Origin: an uncultured Actinomycetes bacterium
Lineage (GTDB): Bacteria; Actinomycetota; Thermoleophilia; UBA2241
Direction of reading: 5' to 3'
Length of the DNA: 64,000 nucleotides
Assembly: GCA_963767005.1 (NCBI GenBank)
Contig: CAVYCN010000004.1
Location: 384,001-448,000 of the forward strand
The translations under genes were made by a program, and so were the position numbers. Positions 1 to 9,208 of the stretch are shown piece after piece (positions within the stretch are counted from its first letter, which is position 1; each line of letters begins with the position of its first letter). Below the pieces are notes generated by a model, which did no database searches, was not told the DNA's origin, and was given only the letters and a program-made list of their open reading frames with translations.

Positions 1-228
1 ACGGCGACCGCTGTCGCGTGGGTCGTGCGCGGCTCGCGTTTCGCCGACAACCTCGCCTTCGCCGTCCTGTGGCCGATCGCCACAGTGCTCATGGCGATCC
101 TGGCGGGTCTGTCGTTCGTGCCCCAGCACTACCTGCGTCCGGGGCCGGTGCTGGCGCCCGCCGGGATCGCCGCGGTCGTCATGATGGTGTCCGTCGCGAT
201 CGTGTACAACAGGGCGCCACGGCGCTGA
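1..228 (+). CDS. C-terminal part of a membrane protein (truncated by window start)
   Basis: Open frame from base 1 to TGA at 226-228 with two hydrophobic segments (LAFAVLWPIATVLMAILAGL; GIAAVVMMVSVAIVY). Confidence 0.6.
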   Translation, partial: TATAVAWVVRGSRFADNLAFAVLWPIATVLMAILAGLSFVPQHYLRPGPVLAPAGIAAVVMMVSVAIVYNRAPRR

Positions 229-249
229 CGCGCCGCCCGCCGCGAGCCC

Positions 250-1446
250 ATGGCTGCGCCGTCAGAGCGCCGTCCCCGACTCGGCCTGATCATCAACCCC
301 CTGGCCGGCGTGGGCGGCAAGGTCGGCCTCAAGGGCAGCGATGGTATCGAGATCGTGCGCCGGGCCCTCGAGCGCGGCGCCGAGCGCGACGCGCCGCGCC
401 GCGCCGCGCTCGCCCTCGCGCGGCTCGGCCGGCTGCGCGAGAGGATCGAGATCGTGACCTGCCCCGGCGAGATGGGCGCCGACGAGGCGCGGGCCTGCGG
501 CTTCGCGCCCGTCGTGCTCGAAGGCGTGCTGGGCGCGCCCTGGGGCGAGACCGGCGCCACCCTGCCGGACGGCGCGCCGCTGACGACCGCCGACGACACC
601 GTCGCCGCGGCCCGCGCGATGCTCGACCTGGGGGTCGACCTGCTGCTGTTCGTCGGCGGCGACGGCACGGCGCGCGACGTCTGCCGGGTCGTCGGCACCC
701 GCCTTCCCTGCCTGGGCGTGCCGGCCGGCGTGAAGATCCACTCGGCCGTGTATGCGACGACGCCGGCCAGCGCCGGCGAGCTCGCCGCGCGCTTCCTGCA
801 CGACCGGCCGGCGGCGGCCGGCCTGCGCGAGTCCGAGGTCATGGACTTGGACGAGGACGCCTTTCGATCCGGCCGCGTGTCGGCCTGCCTCTACGGCTAT
901 CTCTCGGTGCCCTTCGAGCGCAGCATGGTGCAGAGCGCCAAGGCCGGCGGCTGCGCGGGCGACGCCGCCGACCTGGCCGGCATCGCAGCCGACGTCGTGA
1001 ACGGCATGACACCGGGCGTGCTCTACCTGCTCGGCCCCGGCACCACGACCCGGGCCGTCGCGGAGACGCTGGGCCTGCCCAAGACCCTGCTCGGCGTCGA
1101 CGCCGTTCGCGACCGCCGCCTCGTCGCGAGCGACCTGGCCGAGGCCGAGATCCTCGACCTCGTCGCCGCGGACGGCCGCGGAGCGCGCATCGTCGTGACC
1201 GTGATCGGCGGCCAGGGACACATCTTCGGGCGCGGCAACCAGCAATTGAGCGCCGTGGTCATCCGCCGCGTGGGGCGCGAGCAGGTGACCGTCGTGGCCA
1301 GCCAGACCAAGCTGCTGTCGCTGCGCGGCGGACCGCTCCTGGTCGACACGGGCGACCCCGAGCTCGACGCGAGCTTCGCCGGCTACCTGCGGGTGGTGAC
1401 GCAGCTCGGACGCCGCACGATGTACCGGGTCGCGGGGGGCACCTAG
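250..1446 (+). CDS. ATP-NAD kinase / AcoX-like family protein (COG3199 type)
   Basis: N-terminal IINPLAGVGGKVGLKGSDG, GGDGT kinase motif, GVKIHSAV and GGQGHIFGRGNQQLS motifs. Confidence 0.85.
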   Translation: MAAPSERRPRLGLIINPLAGVGGKVGLKGSDGIEIVRRALERGAERDAPRRAALALARLGRLRERIEIVTCPGEMGADEARACGFAPVVLEGVLGAPWGETGATLPDGAPLTTADDTVAAARAMLDLGVDLLLFVGGDGTARDVCRVVGTRLPCLGVPAGVKIHSAVYATTPASAGELAARFLHDRPAAAGLRESEVMDLDEDAFRSGRVSACLYGYLSVPFERSMVQSAKAGGCAGDAADLAGIAADVVNGMTPGVLYLLGPGTTTRAVAETLGLPKTLLGVDAVRDRRLVASDLAEAEILDLVAADGRGARIVVTVIGGQGHIFGRGNQQLSAVVIRRVGREQVTVVASQTKLLSLRGGPLLVDTGDPELDASFAGYLRVVTQLGRRTMYRVAGGT

Positions 1447-1502
1447 CCCGAGGCCGCGGATCGACCGCCGTCGAGGCTCAGACCGGCGTGACGAGCGCGC
1501 GC

Positions 1503-2213
1503 CTACTCGCTCGCCTTGATGCGCCCGAGCGCGGCGCCGAGCATGGTCTCGACCATGGACAAGGCGGCCTCGACATCGAAGTCGGGGTCGAGTGCCGCCT
1601 GCAGGCCCAGGCCGTCTTCGATCGCCACGAGCACCGAGCCGACCGCCTCGAGCTCGCGGCGGCGCTCGTCGCTCACCGGCTGCCGGTTGGTCTCGTCGGC
1701 GGGGTCGGTCACCCCCGACATCTCGAGCACGAGCTCGCGGTAGTCGTCGTAGAGCGCGGCGATGCGGCCGGCGAGCTCGGGCTCGCGCAGCGTCGCCACC
1801 ACGAGCTCGAAGAAGTCGTGCTGCGACTGCACGTCGTCGGCCTCGCGCTTGATCCAGTCGAGGAACGTCGGCAGGCTGCCGCCCGGTCCGGCGAAGGAGT
1901 AGACCGACACGGCGAGGTCGTGGAAGAGCGAGTCGAAGAGGATGGCGACGAGGCCGGCGCGGCTGCCGAAGTGGTAGGGGATCAGCGTGCGGCTGACGTT
2001 TGCCTCGTTGGCCACGGCCTCGATCGTCAGACCCTCGAGGCCGCGTTCGGCGAGCACGCGGCGCGCGGCTTCGAGGATGGTGCGCGCGGTCGGGGGCAGC
2101 TCCTCCATCGGGTGGTCGCGCGGCAGCCCCGGCGAGTACTGCTGCGGCTTGACCTGGCGGGGCCGGCCGCGCGGTCGGGGCGGCTCGCTCGCGTGGTTTT
2201 CTTGGCTTGACAT
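1503..2213 (-). CDS. TetR/AcrR family transcriptional regulator
   Basis: ILEAARRVLAERGLEGLTIEAVANEANVSRTLIPYHFGSRAGL HTH; start re-assigned to ATG 2213; divergent from 2334 gene. Confidence 0.9.
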   Translation of the reverse strand: MSSQENHASEPPRPRGRPRQVKPQQYSPGLPRDHPMEELPPTARTILEAARRVLAERGLEGLTIEAVANEANVSRTLIPYHFGSRAGLVAILFDSLFHDLAVSVYSFAGPGGSLPTFLDWIKREADDVQSQHDFFELVVATLREPELAGRIAALYDDYRELVLEMSGVTDPADETNRQPVSDERRRELEAVGSVLVAIEDGLGLQAALDPDFDVEAALSMVETMLGAALGRIKASE

Positions 2214-2234
2214 TTCAGGGGCCTGCTTTAGCGT
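2207..2234 (+). promoter_or_regulatory. Putative sigma-70 promoter for the 2334 gene
   Basis: TTGACA (2207-2212), 16 nt spacer, TAGCGT (2229-2234). Confidence 0.45.
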
Positions 2235-2333
2235 CGGCTCAGTCCATGCGCCCGGAAAGGCGCCTTTTGTCCCTCTGCGGACGGCCTCGCACGGTTGTGA
2301 CCACGGCCGTACGCGCGACAAGGAGTGTAACGC

Positions 2334-3635
2334 ATGAAGGTTCTCATCGTCGGTACCGGAGGCGTCGGCGAGTCCATGGCCGCCATCGCGGCCCGGCGCG
2401 ATCCCAACAAGGGCTGGCTCGAGAAGATGGTCATGGCCGACTACGACCTGGCCAAGGCGCAGGCTGTGTCCAAGCGCCTGGGCGCGGACCGCTTCCCGGC
2501 CGAGAAGGTCGACGCGAGCAACCCCGACGAGGTCGCCGCTCTCGCCGGCAAGCACGGCGTCGACATCATCTGCAACCTCGTCGCGCCCGAGTTCAACCCC
2601 CAGCTCCTGCAGGCCGCCATCAAGGCCAAGACGCACTATCTCGACACTGCCATGACGGTCTCCGAGCCGCACCCCGAGGGCAAGATCGGCCCGACCCACG
2701 TCAAGCTCGGCGACAAGGAATACCCGCTCAGCCCCGAGTTCGAGAAGGTCGGCAAGCTGGCGCTGGCCGGCTTCGGCGTCGAGCCCGGCATGGCCGACTA
2801 CTTCGCGCGCTACGCCGCCGACCACCTCTTCGACGAGATCGAGGAGATCGGTATTCGCGACGGCTCCAACCTCGAGATCCCGGGCGCCAAGGGCATCGCC
2901 TTCGGCTTCTCCATCTGGACGACGATCGAGGAGTGCACGCAGCCCGGTATCATCTGGGAGAAGGACAAGGGCTGGTACACGGTCGAGCCGTTCGCCGAGA
3001 AAGAGATGTTCTACCTGCCCGAGGGCATCGGCTGGGTCGAGATCGCCCACGTCGAGCACGAAGAGGTCATCTGCCTGGGCCGCAACGCCCACCTGCTCAA
3101 GGGCAACAAGAAGGCCACCTTCAAGTATGCCCTCGGCGACGAGTTCATGGATGCCATCGACATCTTCAAGTCGACCAACATGGACAAGAAGACGCCGATC
3201 AAGGTGAAGGGCGTCGAAGTGGCGCCGCGCGACGTGATTGCCGCCGCCGCCCCCGACCCGAACGAGATCGGCAAGAAGTACGTGGGCCAGACCGCCGCCG
3301 GCACGTGGGTGCGCGGCAAGAAGGACGGCATGGTCCGCGAGGCGTACCTGTATCAGATCGCCGACAATCAGGAGTGCGTCGAGAAGTACGGCACCCAGGT
3401 CGTCGTGGCCCAGACGGGCTTCACGCCGGTCATCACGCTCGAGCTGCTCGCCACCGGCAAGCTGCAGGGCTACAAGGGCAACCCCGAGTCGGGCGTCCAC
3501 AACCCCGAGGAGTTCAGCGCCGACGACTTCGTGGCGCTCATGCCGGCCTACGAGTTCCCGGGCGGCCTGTACGAGATGGACTCCGAGTACAAGCGCAACC
3601 ACGATCACACGTCGCTGATCGCGGTGGCCAAGTAA
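2334..3635 (+). CDS. Saccharopine dehydrogenase-like oxidoreductase (carboxy(nor)spermidine dehydrogenase-related)
   Basis: Rossmann MKVLIVGTGGVG, YLDTAM, GFGVEPG, HEEV motifs; RBS AAGGAG. Confidence 0.85.
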   Translation: MKVLIVGTGGVGESMAAIAARRDPNKGWLEKMVMADYDLAKAQAVSKRLGADRFPAEKVDASNPDEVAALAGKHGVDIICNLVAPEFNPQLLQAAIKAKTHYLDTAMTVSEPHPEGKIGPTHVKLGDKEYPLSPEFEKVGKLALAGFGVEPGMADYFARYAADHLFDEIEEIGIRDGSNLEIPGAKGIAFGFSIWTTIEECTQPGIIWEKDKGWYTVEPFAEKEMFYLPEGIGWVEIAHVEHEEVICLGRNAHLLKGNKKATFKYALGDEFMDAIDIFKSTNMDKKTPIKVKGVEVAPRDVIAAAAPDPNEIGKKYVGQTAAGTWVRGKKDGMVREAYLYQIADNQECVEKYGTQVVVAQTGFTPVITLELLATGKLQGYKGNPESGVHNPEEFSADDFVALMPAYEFPGGLYEMDSEYKRNHDHTSLIAVAK

Positions 3636-3648
3636 GCAGACGATCGAC

Positions 3649-3750
3649 CGGCGGCCGCCGCGTCTGCGGCGGCCGCCGCACACCAGCAGATCCACCGGGG
3701 GGCGGGTCCACACGAGGGGCGGGGCGCCGCAGGCGCCCCGCCCCTCTTCT
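3649..3750 (+). terminator. Two GC-rich hairpins after the dehydrogenase gene
   Basis: 13-bp stem 3649-3678 and 15-bp stem 3714-3746 followed by TTCT. Confidence 0.6.
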
Positions 3751-3811
3751 GTCCGGTGCGCCCGGCCGCGGCCCGTTTGTCGGTCCGACCACCGCTTGGT
3801 AGGATGCCGGC

Positions 3812-5146
3812 ATGGTGCGCTTGCGTCTCGTGGCCCCGTCGGCAGCCGCCGGTCTTGCACTGGTCGTGGCGATCGCGCTCAGCGCGGTGCTGCCGGGCTG
3901 CGCGGCGGCGAGCCTCCTGGCGGCGCAGAAGCCCTCCCCGAGTGCCACCAGCGTCACGCTCGCCAGCGTCCTCTCGGGACGCTTCACCAAGCTCGTCCCG
4001 GAGCCGGCCTTCCTGCGCTATCCCACCGACGACGCCGGCCACGTGACCTACGAGATCGGCGCCCTGAAGGTCCATGCCCCCAAGGTCCTGCCCGTCTACA
4101 TCCTGGGCGGGTCCAACGTGCGTGAGGGAGTGCAGTCGCCCGCCGCCATGCAGGCCGCGATCAAGCAGGCGACGGGCCTCACGACCAAAGAGGTCACGTT
4201 GGCCTCCTTCTACCAGAACTTCGCCGGCGATCTCGCTCTGGTCGACAACCTGCCGCCCGGACCCGGCGTGGTCGTCATCTCGGTCAACCCGCCGGACTTC
4301 GGCTGGAACCTCGATCGCGCCGACGCCCAGGCCAAAGGCATCCCGCTCCTCATGGCATCGCCCGCGCTCGACGACCTGTTGAAGAACGCAGGGCACACGC
4401 CGCCGGCGACGATCGCGGACGGTTTTGCCCACTACATGAAGACCTGGCGCCAACGCAACAGCGCCGCCCTGAAGGCCGGCAAGCGGCCGTGGAACGTCTA
4501 CCGGCTGCACGAGTGCAACCTGCGGCCGCAGTCCCTGTCGATCCAGCAGCGCATCCTGAGCCGCTGGCTGACGACCATGGGCGCGCCCGGCGAGGGCTTC
4601 GCCGTTCATCATGTGTTCTGGGCCGGCGTGCTGGCCGCTGCCGCGGACCTGGCGCGCAGCCGCGGTTACTCGGTGGTGATCTCCGAGGCGTCGTACAACA
4701 GGACGCTCGTGGGGACGAAGTTCCGGCCCTACCACGCGATCTACGTGCCCGCCTGTCGCGCCATCGCGCGCAAGGACGACGGCTGGTACGTCGATCCCAA
4801 CACGACCGCGCACCTGACCGCGGCCGACTTCCGTGACCTGTACCACATGCTCGCGCCGGGGCGGCCCAAGTGGACCACGGCGCTCGCCCGGCTCATCGCG
4901 CCGGCCGTGCGCCAGGCGGCCAAGGCAAAGGCCGTCACGCCGACCCCGGCCGCCAGCCCCAGCCCCACGGTGAGCGCCTCGACCTCGCCGAGCGCGACCG
5001 CCAGCGCGACGGCGACCGCCTCGGCTTCACTGACTGCGACGTCGTCGGCCAGCGGCGAGGCGGCCCAGGGCTCTGTGCCCGCAATGGTCGCGGCCTGGCT
5101 CACGTCGGCCTGGCGCTTCGACCTGGGGGCGAGCCTCCTGCGCTGA
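3812..5146 (+). CDS. Exported SGNH-like hydrolase/acyltransferase (putative) with Ser/Thr/Ala-rich tail
   Basis: Signal-like N-terminus, ILGGSNVRE (block I-like) and DLYH (DxxH); TAGGAT -10 box 7 nt before ATG (leaderless-like). Confidence 0.5.
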   Translation: MVRLRLVAPSAAAGLALVVAIALSAVLPGCAAASLLAAQKPSPSATSVTLASVLSGRFTKLVPEPAFLRYPTDDAGHVTYEIGALKVHAPKVLPVYILGGSNVREGVQSPAAMQAAIKQATGLTTKEVTLASFYQNFAGDLALVDNLPPGPGVVVISVNPPDFGWNLDRADAQAKGIPLLMASPALDDLLKNAGHTPPATIADGFAHYMKTWRQRNSAALKAGKRPWNVYRLHECNLRPQSLSIQQRILSRWLTTMGAPGEGFAVHHVFWAGVLAAAADLARSRGYSVVISEASYNRTLVGTKFRPYHAIYVPACRAIARKDDGWYVDPNTTAHLTAADFRDLYHMLAPGRPKWTTALARLIAPAVRQAAKAKAVTPTPAASPSPTVSASTSPSATASATATASASLTATSSASGEAAQGSVPAMVAAWLTSAWRFDLGASLLR

Positions 5147-5247
5147 TCGGCCGCCGCAGGGCCGGCCTGCGGGCGCGCGATCCTCACGCGGAGCAGCGAG
5201 GGGACCGGGTGCAGCCTGGTGTAGGATGCCGAAGCCAAGCTCGCCGC

Positions 5248-5345
5248 GGAGCGGCTCCCGGTCCGGTGACCGGCGCGGTCTTCAAAACCGTCTGCGGGGC
5301 GGTGCTCCCGTCCCGGGTGGGTTCGACCCCCATGCCGCTCCGCCA
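5248..5345 (+). tRNA. selC: tRNA-Sec (anticodon UCA)
   Basis: 8-bp acceptor GGAGCGGC/GCCGCTCC, 6-bp D stem CCGGTC/GACCGG with 4-nt loop, anticodon loop CTTCAAA, long variable arm, T arm GTGGG-TTCGACC-CCCAT, discriminator G plus encoded CCA. Confidence 0.97.
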
Positions 5346-5441
5346 GCTCGTCGGCCCCGTGTCTCGAAGACGCCTGATCTCGGCGTACGCCTGCTCCCCC
5401 GCGCCGGCCGCCGTCGGTCATTCGACCGGCGGCCGCAGCTG

Positions 5442-6479
5442 TCAGTTCGTGGAGGAGGCCGGCGCGGCGCCTGGTCGCAGCGAGAGGCTGCGCGCGACGT
5501 CGCCCAGGGCGCTGACCACCCTCGCGCCGTCGCCGGGTGCGATGTACGTCTCCGCGCACACGATGCGACCGTTCGTCAGGAAGCCGGCGGCGGAGCACCA
5601 GGCCCTCTCGGCGCCGATCGCGACGGTGAACCGGCAGCGGATCGTCGGCGTACCGCTCGAGTCGACCACGGGCGTCGTCGCGGCCGTGACCGACGAGCCG
5701 CTCGGCAGCGCCTGGCGCAGCGACGAGGCGAGCAGGTCCTCGACCTGGACGGCGAGCTCCCGTGCCCGGTCGGGCACCGTCTGTGGCGGCGACGCGCGCA
5801 GGGCGGCCGGCTGCGCCACGACGGCGACGAGGAAGAACGACGAGGGATCCGAGTCGGGGGCCGCCCATGGGGGCCGCACGCGGACCCGGTACACGCCGGC
5901 CGAGGTCTCGCCTGGGACGACCTCGAGCGTGGGCGACGCGTAAGTGAGCTGAAAGCCGTAGCGCGGATCGAGGTAGAACACCGGCGTGGTCTCTCCTGCC
6001 GGCCCCGCGGCGTCCTTGGGCAGCACTGAGGCGCCGCTGAGGTCGACGACGGTGGCGCCCGCGCCGCGGCGGCACGAGGCCACCAGACCGATGACCTGGA
6101 CGGGGTCGCCGCGCAGAAAGTCGACGCGTGTGGGGCGCCGGCAGTCGAGCGTGACGTCGCCGACCAGCACGAGCAGGCGGTTGTCCGCGCCGGCTCGATC
6201 GGACAGGCGCAGGGGGCTCGACGAGGTCGGACCGGCGCCCCAGACTCGCGTCACGAGACCGCCGACGGCGATCCTTCTGCCGATGAGCGCCCCGGGGTCG
6301 GCCGACACGGCCTTGTCGAACGAGGTCGGGCTGAAGATGGCGACGGCGTGGCGGTGGGCATTGACGGCCGCGGCGGTCGTCGCGGCCGAACCGGCGACCA
6401 GCAGGCAGACGATCAGCAGCCAGCGGCGCGCGCCGCGGTGGCGCGCGACGTGCGATGTCGGCGAGCTGACGAGCGGCAC
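5442..6479 (-). CDS. Hypothetical exported/membrane-anchored protein, possible OB-fold N-terminal domain
   Basis: GTG 6479 after AGGAAAGG; hydrophobic WLLIVCLLVAGS; LRGDPVQVIGLV pattern. Confidence 0.55.
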   Translation of the reverse strand: MPLVSSPTSHVARHRGARRWLLIVCLLVAGSAATTAAAVNAHRHAVAIFSPTSFDKAVSADPGALIGRRIAVGGLVTRVWGAGPTSSSPLRLSDRAGADNRLLVLVGDVTLDCRRPTRVDFLRGDPVQVIGLVASCRRGAGATVVDLSGASVLPKDAAGPAGETTPVFYLDPRYGFQLTYASPTLEVVPGETSAGVYRVRVRPPWAAPDSDPSSFFLVAVVAQPAALRASPPQTVPDRARELAVQVEDLLASSLRQALPSGSSVTAATTPVVDSSGTPTIRCRFTVAIGAERAWCSAAGFLTNGRIVCAETYIAPGDGARVVSALGDVARSLSLRPGAAPASSTN

Positions 6480-6727
6480 GTTGACCTTTCCTGCCGGATT
6501 GGACTCGCAGGCGCGGCCACGGCAGTGCCCGCGCACCCCCTCTATCGGCTGGGGAGCGCAAGAGGTGGAGAGGGCCGGCGGCAGGTGGCCTGATCGCGAG
6601 CCGGACCCGATGCTCCAGCGCGCGACGCGCCGATCCCGAACCTTGAGCTCAACGCGATCTCATCGTAGCTTCATCGCTGCCTCACAGAGCCCAGCCATGA
6701 TGGCGAGCAGTGGGCGAAGGAGGGGCG

Positions 6728-6886
6728 ATGGAAGCGTCGGTAGCCTGCAGGGAAGACCCGGTCGACGAGGACTGCGACAGCTGTCGCTACTGCGACCGTT
6801 GTCCGTGTCCCGGCTACTCGTCTACCCCCTCGGCTGCGGGGTGCCCGATCTACGCGAGGCTGTCGGTGTGGCACTCGCAAGAGTGA
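6728..6886 (+). CDS. Small Cys-rich protein, 52 aa (not in ORF track)
   Basis: RBS AAGGAGGGG; MEASVACREDPVDEDCDSCRYCDRCPCPGYSSTPSAAGCPIYARLSVWHSQE then TGA. Confidence 0.55.
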   Translation: MEASVACREDPVDEDCDSCRYCDRCPCPGYSSTPSAAGCPIYARLSVWHSQE

Positions 6887-6904
6887 TGCGCTGAGTCGCG
6901 GGCG

Positions 6905-7057
6905 ATGGATACCGTGGTCGTACTCCATCTGCGAAGCGAGGCGGAGCTCGAGGCGTTCCGGCTGCCCAGCGAGGGCCTCGTGGTGCCTACCGAGACGAAC
7001 GTGGCGCTCGAAGCGGGATGCGGTGTCGTCGTCCTGACCGAGCTCTGCCCTCAGTGA
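6905..7057 (+). CDS. Small hypothetical protein, 50 aa, same frame as the 6728 ORF
   Basis: MDTVVVLHLRSEAELEAFRLPSEGLVVPTETNVALEAGCGVVVLTELCPQ; weak RBS. Confidence 0.4.
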   Translation: MDTVVVLHLRSEAELEAFRLPSEGLVVPTETNVALEAGCGVVVLTELCPQ

Positions 7058-7145
7058 CCGGCGGAGAGCGGCCGCCACGCACGCTTTCTCAACGATCGCG
7101 CCGCTCCGGCCGATACCATGCCCCAGTCGACAGCTGGAGGCACCG

Positions 7146-7367
7146 GTGCAGTGCTACATGATGAGTCGCGACCGGGCGCAGGCCCTCGCCGAGGCGCTTC
7201 GCAAGAAGTACCCGAAGCAGCGCAAGCGGATCGACGCCGATGCGGTGCGCATGTTCTGCGTGAGCAACGCCGAGGCCGAGAGCGGCGCCGCCGACCCCGA
7301 CTGGCTCGAACGAGGCCCGCTCGACGAGGTCGTCGCCTGGGTCGACGTCGCGCAGCTCGTCAGGTAA
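7146..7367 (+). CDS. Small hypothetical protein
   Basis: GGAGG RBS before GTG, typical GC3-rich codons, globular-looking 73 aa. Confidence 0.65.
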   Translation: MQCYMMSRDRAQALAEALRKKYPKQRKRIDADAVRMFCVSNAEAESGAADPDWLERGPLDEVVAWVDVAQLVR

Positions 7368-7717
7368 CCATCCGAATCGCGTGTGCGCCGCCGGCGCGAC
7401 GGCACGGCCGCCGCGCCGCGGTGGTAGGCTGTCGCCCGTGGACGGCGAGGTTCGCACAGGCATGATCGAGCGAGGGTGGCACGTGGCGCCGCGCTCGCGC
7501 CGCCGCGTCCCGACCGATCTCCTTTGGCCGCGCTGCCGTTCGGCGCGGATCTGGACGATCGAGGCGCGCGCGCCCGGCTGCCAGTGCTGGACGCTCGAGC
7601 CGCTCGTGCGTCTCTAGAACGTCGTACGAGCGCCGCGTTCGACGCGGCGCCACTCGGCCGGCGAACTGCGCTCGCCGGTCCCCCGTCCCGAACTTCCCGC
7701 AAGCGATGGAGCGACCC

Positions 7718-9169
7718 ATGACCGAGAGTGAACCACGCGGCCTGCGGCTGCAGGTCGGCTTCCTCACCGACGACGACAAGCGGGCCATCTACGAGGCAGC
7801 CCTCGAGATCTGCGCCACCGTCGGCATGCGCGTGCACCAGACCGCGGCCCTGGAGTCGCTGCGCGCCGCCGGCGCCGATGTCGAAGGCGCCGATCTCGTG
7901 CGCCTGCCCGCCCGCCTCGTCGAGCGCGCCCGCTCGACCGCGCCCGCCATGGTGCCCGTCTACGGCCGCGACGGCGACGAGGCCCTGCGGCTCGGCGGCC
8001 GCCGCAGCTACTTCGGCACCGGCTCGGACCTCATGAACCTGTACGATCTCGAGACCGGCGAGCGGCGCTCAGCGACCCTCGCCGACGTGGGCACCGCCGC
8101 TCGTCTGTGCGACGCTCTGCCGGCCATCGACTTCGTCATGTCGTGCGCCTACGCCCACGACCTGGCCGACCCGCATCTGGCCTACGTGCACGAGTTCCGG
8201 GCGATGCTCGCCAACACGGTCAAGCCGCTCGTCGTCACCGCCGAGGGCGTCGCCGACCTCGAGGTCATGTGGCGCATGGCCGGCGAGGTGCGCGGCGGCG
8301 CCGAGGCCCTGGCCGAGAAGCCGTACTTCATCATGTACGGGCAGCCCAGCAGCCCCCTCGAGCACCCCCGTGACAGCCTCGACAAACTGCTGTTCTGCGC
8401 CGACAAGGCCATCCCGGCGATCTACTCGCCGGCGCCGCTCGCCGGCGCGACCGCGCCGATCACGGTCGCCGGGCACCTCGCCCAGGGCGTGGCCGAGTCG
8501 CTCTTCGGTCTCGTCATCCATCAGCTGCGCCGGCCCGGCGCGCCGTTCCTGTTCGGCATCGGTCCGGCGGTCCTCGACATGGCGACGGCGCAGTCCTCGT
8601 ACAACGCACCTGAGTACCTCATGTCATACCTCGGCGCCGTCGAGATGGCGCGGTTCCTCGACCTGCCCAACTGGGGCTACGGCGGCACGACCGACGCCCA
8701 GCTGGTCGACGCGCAGGCCGGCCTCGAGGCCGGCGAGCTCACCCTGCTCGCCATGATGGCCGGCTCCAACTTGAACCACGACGTCGGTTACCTCGACTAC
8801 GGCATGACCGGCGCGCTCGAGCTCGTCGTCATCGTCGACGAGTTCGTCGCCATGAACCGGCGGCTGCTCGCCGGTGTGCCGGTCGACCGCGACGCGCTCG
8901 GTGTCGAGGTGATCGCCGCGACCGGCCCGGGCGGCGACTTTCTGTCGACGAAGCACACCGCCCGTCACCTGCGCAGCGCGCAGTGGCGGCCGACCATCAT
9001 CAACCGCAAGGGGTACGAGCGCTGGGCCGAGGACGGCGGCCTCGACCTGCGCGAGCAGGCCCGGCGCAAGGCCGTACGGCTGCTCGCCACGCACACGCCG
9101 CCGGCGCTGCCAGCCGACGTCGAGGCCCGCATCGCGGCCCTCGTCGAGGGGTTCAGGCCGGGCGCGTAG
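7718..9169 (+). CDS. Trimethylamine methyltransferase (MttB) superfamily protein, non-pyrrolysine
   Basis: YFGTGSD, GATAPITVAG, RPGAPFLFG, GYGGTTDAQLVDAQAG, HDVGYL, GPGGDFLSTKHT motifs; no in-frame TAG. Confidence 0.92.
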   Translation: MTESEPRGLRLQVGFLTDDDKRAIYEAALEICATVGMRVHQTAALESLRAAGADVEGADLVRLPARLVERARSTAPAMVPVYGRDGDEALRLGGRRSYFGTGSDLMNLYDLETGERRSATLADVGTAARLCDALPAIDFVMSCAYAHDLADPHLAYVHEFRAMLANTVKPLVVTAEGVADLEVMWRMAGEVRGGAEALAEKPYFIMYGQPSSPLEHPRDSLDKLLFCADKAIPAIYSPAPLAGATAPITVAGHLAQGVAESLFGLVIHQLRRPGAPFLFGIGPAVLDMATAQSSYNAPEYLMSYLGAVEMARFLDLPNWGYGGTTDAQLVDAQAGLEAGELTLLAMMAGSNLNHDVGYLDYGMTGALELVVIVDEFVAMNRRLLAGVPVDRDALGVEVIAATGPGGDFLSTKHTARHLRSAQWRPTIINRKGYERWAEDGGLDLREQARRKAVRLLATHTPPALPADVEARIAALVEGFRPGA

Positions 9170-9208
9170 GCCGCGGGCCGGTCACACGGGATGGAGCCCC
9201 GCCGGGCC

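Noticed and set aside
18-2210. Long Arg/Ala/Pro-rich alternative ORFs here and throughout (e.g. 10314-12644, 20642-22849, 27600-30074, 40721-43732)
   Set aside because: Shadow frames of real genes, expected in very GC-rich DNA
4930-5060. Repetitive-looking DNA
   Set aside because: Encodes a Ser/Thr/Ala/Pro linker, not a repeat array
7046-7465. TGC-CCT-CAG-TGA reads as a CxxU motif if 7055-7057 is recoded
   Set aside because: Read-through runs into a low-complexity frame overlapping the better-supported 7146-7367 gene; probably a true stop
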